From Terriglobia bacterium (lineage in GTDB: Bacteria > Acidobacteriota > Terriglobia > 2-12-FULL-54-10), in NCBI GenBank assembly GCA_963666975.2, contig CAXVYR010000002.1, positions 128,001 to 192,000 of the forward strand: a stretch of DNA of 64,000 nt. Reading direction: 5' to 3'. Below the pieces are notes generated by a model that worked only from the letters and a program-made list of their open reading frames with translations, did not search any database and had not been told where the DNA came from. A program made the position numbers and the translations under genes. Shown here one piece after another: positions 58,346-64,000 of the stretch. Position 1 is the first letter of the stretch, and each line of letters starts with the position of its first letter.

Positions 58346-59317
58346 TTACTCTCCGGCCATGCTGCGCCAATCCAATGCTTGCAGGAACCGGGGGTCGTCG
58401 CGCCATTTTTCGCGGACCTTTATATGGAGGCCCAGAAACACTTTTTTTCCCAGAATGGATTCCAGCTCCTGCCGCGCCAGGGTTCCCACCCGCTTCAGCA
58501 TTTCGCCCCCCTTGCCAATCAGGATGACCTTTTGCCCTTCGCGCTCGACAAAGATCTCGGCGGCAATATGAATCAATTTTGGTTTGTCTTCAAACGTGCT
58601 TACGATCACAGAGCTGGCGTAAGGGAGTTCCTGGCGTGTCTGCACAATGACCTTTTCCCGAACAATTTCCCCGGCCAGGAAGCGAATGGGCTGTTCGGTG
58701 ATGTGGTCGGGTGGAAAATAGAAAGGACCTTCCGGCAGGCAGGCCACAATCCGGTCGAGCAACAGAGGCAGGTTGTCCCCTTTCAGTGCGGAGATGGGAA
58801 TCACCTCTGTGAAGTCATGCAGTTTCCGGTAGCGGTCGATCAGGGGAAGCAGCTTTCCTTTCGCCACCTTGTCGGTTTTATTCAGCAGCAGAAAGCAGGA
58901 GACTCCGGTTTCTCGCGCACGGTCTACGGCGGCGCGGTCGCCTGCGCCGAACCGTTGCGTGGCATCCACCAGGAGCAACAGCAGGTCGCGGCCTGCCAGC
59001 GCTGCACGAACCTCTTTCATCATTTGCTTGTCCAAGCGGGACCCTGGTTGCTGAATTCCAGGGGTATCCAGGAAGATGATCTGTGCGGCAGTTTCCTGGC
59101 TCGCGGGCTTGTCTGCCTGTCGCGGAAGTTGCGTTCCCGGCCTGGCTCGGGGCGCCTTCGGTTCAGGCAAAGTGACAACTCCTTGAATGGCGGTTCGTGT
59201 GGTCTGCGGTTTGTCGGTAACAATGGCTATCTTAGAGCCGACCAAGGCGTTCAGCAGCGTGGACTTGCCTGCGTTCGCCCGGCCCAAAATGGTTACAAAG
59301 CCGCTGCGAGGTTTCAT
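58346..59317 (-). CDS. era: GTPase Era
   Basis: GRANAGKS, PQTTR, DTPG, NKTD, ISAL and KH-domain ILIGKGG motifs. Confidence 0.96.
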   Translation of the reverse strand: MKPRSGFVTILGRANAGKSTLLNALVGSKIAIVTDKPQTTRTAIQGVVTLPEPKAPRARPGTQLPRQADKPASQETAAQIIFLDTPGIQQPGSRLDKQMMKEVRAALAGRDLLLLLVDATQRFGAGDRAAVDRARETGVSCFLLLNKTDKVAKGKLLPLIDRYRKLHDFTEVIPISALKGDNLPLLLDRIVACLPEGPFYFPPDHITEQPIRFLAGEIVREKVIVQTRQELPYASSVIVSTFEDKPKLIHIAAEIFVEREGQKVILIGKGGEMLKRVGTLARQELESILGKKVFLGLHIKVREKWRDDPRFLQALDWRSMAGE

Positions 59318-59359
59318 AGGTGTGAATGTCCCTTAGCAGGTTGTTGAAAAACGCCATTT

Positions 59360-59501
59360 GTCCGCTCCCGCATGGTTGCGGCTCGGAATGGGCGTGCTGA
59401 TTGGGCTGCGCTTGCCGAGCCGCGCGCGTAAGCAAGCGGTCACCAAACGCTCGTCGATGGAGTCCTTTTTGGAACCGCTCCATCACTGTCGCGGCTCGGA
59501 C
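59360..59501. repeat. REP-like cluster, CCGAGCCGCG family (three units)
   Basis: CCGCTCC..GCGGCTCGG / CCGAGCCGCG..AAGCGG / CCGCTCC..GTCGCGGCTCGG. Confidence 0.75.
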
Positions 59502-59528
59502 ACGGTCTATAACAACTGGTGAAATGCT

Positions 59529-60836
59529 CTAGACTAACTCCTGGGAATTTTGCGAGTCGGTGCTTTCGGGGGGGACTGGGGGAGCCGGGGGACTCTCTTC
59601 CGGATGAGAGATCGACAAACGGAGCACTCGCCGGCCATTCGATTCGGTTACTTGAAAGAGCAGGCCATCCTTCTCCAGGGTCTCTCCCTGGCTGGGTACG
59701 CGCCCCATCGCGCCGGTCACCAATCCGGAGACCGTGGTTGCATCGCCCGTCTCCTCCACCCGCACGCCGAACAGTTCCTGCAAACGGTCCAAATCCATGC
59801 TGCCGGCGACGCTGTAAGAGTGATCTCCCTGGGGGATGGCGTCGCGCGCTTCATGCTCTTCGTGAATCTCGCCGACGATTTCCTCCACCATGTCCTCTAC
59901 CGTGGCCAGCCCGGCGACGGAACCGTACTCGTCCACCACAATAGCGATCTGCGCCTTTTGCTGGATTTCCTTCAGCAGCTCCGCAACGGGCTTGGTTTCC
60001 GGCACAAAGGTCATTGGCTGCAAGAACTTGGTTACGGTGTGCTGTGACAACGCTTCGTCGCTCAACGGAAGCAGATCCCGCACATGAATGAAGCCGAGGA
60101 TATGATCCATGTCGCCCTGATAGATTGGGATTCTGGAGAAGCGCCGCTCCGTCGGCATTTGCTTCAACCGGCTCAAGGGAGTTTCAGCCGGAACGGCAAA
60201 TATCTCCGGGCGAGGAGTCATCACCTCGCGGACGGTTTTATCTCCGAACTCTACGACCGAGCGGATCAGCTTGCGGTCTTCCTCCTCGATCAGGCCCTCT
60301 TCCTCCCCCGCTTGAATCAAGGCTTCGATGTTCTCGCTGGCAGAGGGCTCGTCTTCTTCCCGTTCCGTTTCCTTGCCGAGGGTGGCAATGTTGTAGAGGA
60401 ACCGGCTAATGGCAGCCAGAGGGAAGACCAGCAAGACGCACAAGCGCAGCAAGCTCGTGGCCGACAGCAGCCATTTTCCGCTCGTGCGCGTCAGAAGCAC
60501 ATTGGGAATTACCTGCGCGAAAAGCATCACGTCCAGCACGAGAAAAACACCGGCCTCCACCAGCATATGCCAGTGCAGGGGCGTTGAAAGGTTCCACCAT
60601 GCCACCGTCATGGCCAGCACGATCAGGTTCACGCGGACCAGGAGGGGAAAGGTGAAGCCGGCTTTTTCCATCTCCACTTTTAATTTCGGCTCAACCTGAT
60701 CTTCAAAGAAATCGACGTTATCCTGGGAACCCCGGATCAGAAAGCGGCCTTTCTCGCTATACAAACGGTTTACGTAAGAAAACAGCGCGAGAAGGAGGCT
60801 GAGCAGCACGACGAGGGTTGGAAGGAGGATGAACAT
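59529..60836 (-). CDS. Hemolysin/CorC-family CNNM-CBS transporter-associated protein
   Basis: TM domain, VREVMTPR, FSRIPIY, VVDEYG...TVED.VEEIVGEI, CorC domain. Confidence 0.9.
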   Translation of the reverse strand: MFILLPTLVVLLSLLLALFSYVNRLYSEKGRFLIRGSQDNVDFFEDQVEPKLKVEMEKAGFTFPLLVRVNLIVLAMTVAWWNLSTPLHWHMLVEAGVFLVLDVMLFAQVIPNVLLTRTSGKWLLSATSLLRLCVLLVFPLAAISRFLYNIATLGKETEREEDEPSASENIEALIQAGEEEGLIEEEDRKLIRSVVEFGDKTVREVMTPRPEIFAVPAETPLSRLKQMPTERRFSRIPIYQGDMDHILGFIHVRDLLPLSDEALSQHTVTKFLQPMTFVPETKPVAELLKEIQQKAQIAIVVDEYGSVAGLATVEDMVEEIVGEIHEEHEARDAIPQGDHSYSVAGSMDLDRLQELFGVRVEETGDATTVSGLVTGAMGRVPSQGETLEKDGLLFQVTESNGRRVLRLSISHPEESPPAPPVPPESTDSQNSQELV

Positions 60837-60842
60837 ATAGGT

Positions 60843-61409
60843 TTACGACGCTCTGCCGCGGGCGCCCATCCCGAGCAGAGACCGTCCCCGCGACCTTTCC
60901 GTCAAAGTTTGCGGCAAGCCCAGTTTGATGCGCCATCTCCGCTCCTGGCGGGCCATCCGGCCCCCATCGTTTTCATGGTCGTAGCCCAGCAGGTGCAGGA
61001 GGCCGTGCAGCGCGAGAATTTTGACCTCCTCTTCCACGCGAAGCCCATACCGCCGCGCGCTGGCGCGGGCGGTCTCGGCGGAGATCAAGATATCGCCCAG
61101 GTGCCGGTTGAGTTTGTTCCCGTTTTCCCCGGAAGGAAAAGAAAGGACGTCGGTGGATTCGCTCTTGTGGCGGAATCGCTTGTTATACCGGCGCATGCCC
61201 AGGTCGGAGAGCAAGCAAACGCTGAAGGAAGAAGGAGCCAGCCGGGAGGGCAGTTGCCGGAGAAACTCTCTCACCTCATCCCAGTCGCCTTCGATGGCGC
61301 GCTGGCGGTTGATCAGAACGGCAGGTTCCGGCAGGCCGTTTTTCCGCCGGGGAGGGGCCGGGTTAGGATCGTCAGAATTATCTGACTCGGAGCTGGAGGA
61401 ATGAACCAT
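60843..61409 (-). CDS. ybeY: rRNA maturation endoribonuclease
   Basis: TDVLSF, LGDILIS and HGLLHLLGYDH motifs. Confidence 0.94.
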   Translation of the reverse strand: MVHSSSSESDNSDDPNPAPPRRKNGLPEPAVLINRQRAIEGDWDEVREFLRQLPSRLAPSSFSVCLLSDLGMRRYNKRFRHKSESTDVLSFPSGENGNKLNRHLGDILISAETARASARRYGLRVEEEVKILALHGLLHLLGYDHENDGGRMARQERRWRIKLGLPQTLTERSRGRSLLGMGARGRAS

Positions 61410-61457
61410 AGAAAAGATCAGGCGGAAAGCAAAACTGACCTTCCGCCAAAATGACCG

Positions 61458-62468
61458 TTACGACTCTTTTGTGTTTCCCGAATCTTCCTGTCCGCACGGT
61501 TGCTGGCCGTGGGAAGAACCGTTGTTGGATTGCGAGTATTGTTCGTATGCCCGAATGATCCGCTGGACCAGATGGTGACGAACAACATCCTTCTCGTTGA
61601 AGTACACGAAGCGGATGCCCGGAATCGACTGCACCACATCGATGGCCGTCAGCAGGCCGCTGCGCTTGCCGTCGGGCAAGTCAATTTGGGTGATGTCTCC
61701 CGTGATGACCGCCTTGGAATTAAAACCCAGCCGGGTCAGAAACATTTTCATCTGCTTGCCGGTGGTGTTCTGGGCCTCGTCGAGGATCACAAAGCTGTCG
61801 TTGAGTGTTCGCCCGCACATAAAAGCGATAGGCGCAATCTCGATGGTTCCCCGATCCATGTACCGCTCCACCTTCTCGGCGTCCAGCAGCTCGTAGAGTG
61901 CATCGTAGAGCGGGCGCAGATACGGGTCCACCTTTTCCTGGAGAGTGCCCGGCAGGAAGCCCAACCGTTCTCCCGCCTCCACCGCCGGGCGCGCCAGAAT
62001 GATCCGGTTTACTTTTCGGGCTAGCAGGTAAGAAATCGCCATCCCCACGGCCAGATAGGTCTTGCCGGTTCCGGCCGGGCCGACGCCGAATACCATGTCG
62101 TGCCGGTCGATCGCCTCCAAGTACAGCCGCTGGTTGATGCTTTTGGGAACGATGGGCTTTTTGCCGAAGCTGCGCTGCCGCCCGCTCAACACCAGAGAAC
62201 GGAGGCTGAAGGACGGGTCTTCGGCAACAACTTTCAGGTAGTCTTGCAGGTCGCCGTTGTTAAACGACAGTCCTTCCTTCACGAGCTGACCGTATTCTTC
62301 GACGATCCGCTCCATCCGCTCGACGTTGGCAGGTTCTCCTTCGATTTCCAGGGAATCGTTTTTCAAATGAGCCGTCAATTGGAGGGTGGTTTCCAGCAAC
62401 CGGAGATTTTCGTCCAGGGTGCCGAACAGGGTCTCGATGCCATTGTTGAGTTTTACTTCTTTTCGCAT
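61458..62468 (-). CDS. phoH: PhoH-family ATPase (YbeZ-like)
   Basis: GPAGTGKT, RPAVEAGE.LGFLPG, DEAQN, GDITQIDL and DVVRH motifs. Confidence 0.93.
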   Translation of the reverse strand: MRKEVKLNNGIETLFGTLDENLRLLETTLQLTAHLKNDSLEIEGEPANVERMERIVEEYGQLVKEGLSFNNGDLQDYLKVVAEDPSFSLRSLVLSGRQRSFGKKPIVPKSINQRLYLEAIDRHDMVFGVGPAGTGKTYLAVGMAISYLLARKVNRIILARPAVEAGERLGFLPGTLQEKVDPYLRPLYDALYELLDAEKVERYMDRGTIEIAPIAFMCGRTLNDSFVILDEAQNTTGKQMKMFLTRLGFNSKAVITGDITQIDLPDGKRSGLLTAIDVVQSIPGIRFVYFNEKDVVRHHLVQRIIRAYEQYSQSNNGSSHGQQPCGQEDSGNTKES

Positions 62469-62557
62469 CTAATACGCTGGGCTTGTGAGATTCAGGCTTT
62501 AGATAAAAAAGCTATCCACACATCACCGGCCCTTGCGTCTTTACCAGCATCAATTGT

Positions 62558-62586
62558 AGCTTAGCATTGCCGGTACCGCCCGTCAA
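62558..62586 (-). promoter_or_regulatory. Sigma70 promoter of the phoH-ybeY-corC-era operon
   Basis: TTGACG-17 bp-TAAGCT with extended TG. Confidence 0.5.
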
Positions 62587-62777
62587 GAAATAGCGTGGCC
62601 TTGTATGGGTGTGGTGAAAGTTGATAGTATTCCTTGTGGTCACTGGCCTTCCGTTGTTGCCAAGATCGTGTTGCAAGGATCAAGGATCAAAGACAGGGTG
62701 GCAAAGATAAAGATAACGATGCGGTCGCCATCTTCGTTTACCGCCAAGACGGAGTTCTTTTTCAGGAGGTTGTTCCC

Positions 62778-64000
62778 GTGGCTGATGAAGATGCATTGGA
62801 TCTGGTAATTCTGGGAAGCGGGCCTGGGGGTTACGTGGCAGCCATCCGGGCGGCTCAGTGGGGGCTCCGAACGGCCGTCGTGGAAAAGGAAGATCGTCTG
62901 GGAGGGACATGCCTGAACGTGGGTTGCATTCCAACCAAGGCCTTGCTGTTCAATGCGGAAGTCTACGATGCCGTTCTGCGCGGGAAGGAATTCGGCATTG
63001 AGTGCGGAGAGGTGAAGCTGCGTTTTGAGGCGGTCCAGGAGCGCACGGCGAAAGTAATCCTGAAGCACAATAAAGGGCTGGAGTATCTGTTCAAGAAACA
63101 TCGGATAGAAAAGGTCCGCGGCTTCGGAAAGCTCCAGGGCGGCGGCCGGATTCAGGTGAGCGGGCCGGACGGGGAACGGGAACTCCGGGCCAAAAACATC
63201 ATTCTGGCGACAGGCTCGGAAGCCAGCATGCTCCCCGGAATGGAGGCTGACGAGGAGCGGGTCCTCACCAACCGGGGGATTCTGCGGCTTCGGGAACGGC
63301 CCCAGTCGCTGCTGATTATCGGCGCCGGGGCCGTGGGCGTGGAGTTTGCCTCCATCTACCGCCGCTTTGGTTCCGAGGTGACGGTGGTGGAGATGCTTCC
63401 CCGTATCCTTCCGCTGGCCGACGAGGAGATTTCCCGGGAACTGGAGAAATCTTTGAAGAAGCAGGGCATCCAAATCCTCACGGGCGCGCGAGTGAAGAGC
63501 TTAAAGAAGAAGGGTGAAGCCGTTGTCGCGGAGGTCACCCAGGGAAGCGCTTCGAAGACGCTCCAGGCCCAGCGGGCGCTGGTGGCGGTCGGGCGAAGGC
63601 CCAACACGGCAAACATCGGCCTCGAAAAAACTCGAGTGGAAACGGAAAAAGGATTTGTCAAAGCCGACAAGTTCATGCAAACGGCCGAGCCGGGAATCTA
63701 TGTCATTGGCGACATCGTAGCAGGCGCGCCGCAACTGGCCCACGCGGCTTCCATGGAGGGCATCGTCGCCGTGGGGAAAATCTGCGGCAAGCAGGTGCCC
63801 CCGATGAATCATCGCCACGTGCCCGATTGCATCTACAGCGAGCCCCAGGTTGCCGGCGTGGGCTTGACCGAGGCCAAGGCGCGGGAGGAGGGTTACTCGG
63901 TCAAGGTCGGCAAATTTCCGTTTCTGGCCAATAGCAAAGCAAGCATTCTGGGATCGCATGAGGGATTTGTGAAGCTCGTTTGCGATGAAAAGTACGGGGA
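62778..64000 (+). CDS. lpdA: Dihydrolipoamide dehydrogenase (3' partial)
   Basis: Own translation from GTG after AGGAGG: GSGPGGYVAAIRAAQ...GGTCLNVGCIPTK; runs off the window, so absent from the ORF track. Confidence 0.95.
   Translation, partial: MADEDALDLVILGSGPGGYVAAIRAAQWGLRTAVVEKEDRLGGTCLNVGCIPTKALLFNAEVYDAVLRGKEFGIECGEVKLRFEAVQERTAKVILKHNKGLEYLFKKHRIEKVRGFGKLQGGGRIQVSGPDGERELRAKNIILATGSEASMLPGMEADEERVLTNRGILRLRERPQSLLIIGAGAVGVEFASIYRRFGSEVTVVEMLPRILPLADEEISRELEKSLKKQGIQILTGARVKSLKKKGEAVVAEVTQGSASKTLQAQRALVAVGRRPNTANIGLEKTRVETEKGFVKADKFMQTAEPGIYVIGDIVAGAPQLAHAASMEGIVAVGKICGKQVPPMNHRHVPDCIYSEPQVAGVGLTEAKAREEGYSVKVGKFPFLANSKASILGSHEGFVKLVCDEKYG

Overview
Bacterial chromosomal window, most likely Acidobacteriota (inferred from the acidobacterial-type VWA protein, Hfq paralogue, nuo-atp gene order and REP families). 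The backbone is housekeeping: moaE, suhB, tRNA-Gln, aminotransferase, HD-GYP, coaE, nfeD/slipin, rfbB, a nuoCD-HJKLMN operon running into F0 genes (atpZ/I-atpI-atpB-atpE), argD, nnr-tsaE, peptide ABC permeases, ntrY/ntrX-like pair, era-corC-ybeY-phoH and a partial lpdA. Three accessory patches interrupt it. (1) About 4.3-12.7 kb, after tRNA-Gln: gene remnants, an IS3, a three-gene module around an XRE regulator with an apparently dead S24-like domain, sensor-less kinases and several local duplications. (2) About 38.3-43.9 kb: an IS1202-type element hit by IS256, plus a second inverted IS256. (3) About 47-51.5 kb: a PEP-CTERM gene, an IS1595 (IS1016-type) element, and two ~80-bp direct repeats, one followed by a toxin-antitoxin pair and the other by a HEPN-like gene with a premature stop. 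Intergenic DNA carries many REP/MITE-like palindromes. No CRISPR array or rRNA was seen. The best novelty candidates are the XRE module with its shared operator-like motif and the repeat-delimited cassette-like units. Both are inferences from reading the sequence by eye, without database searches.
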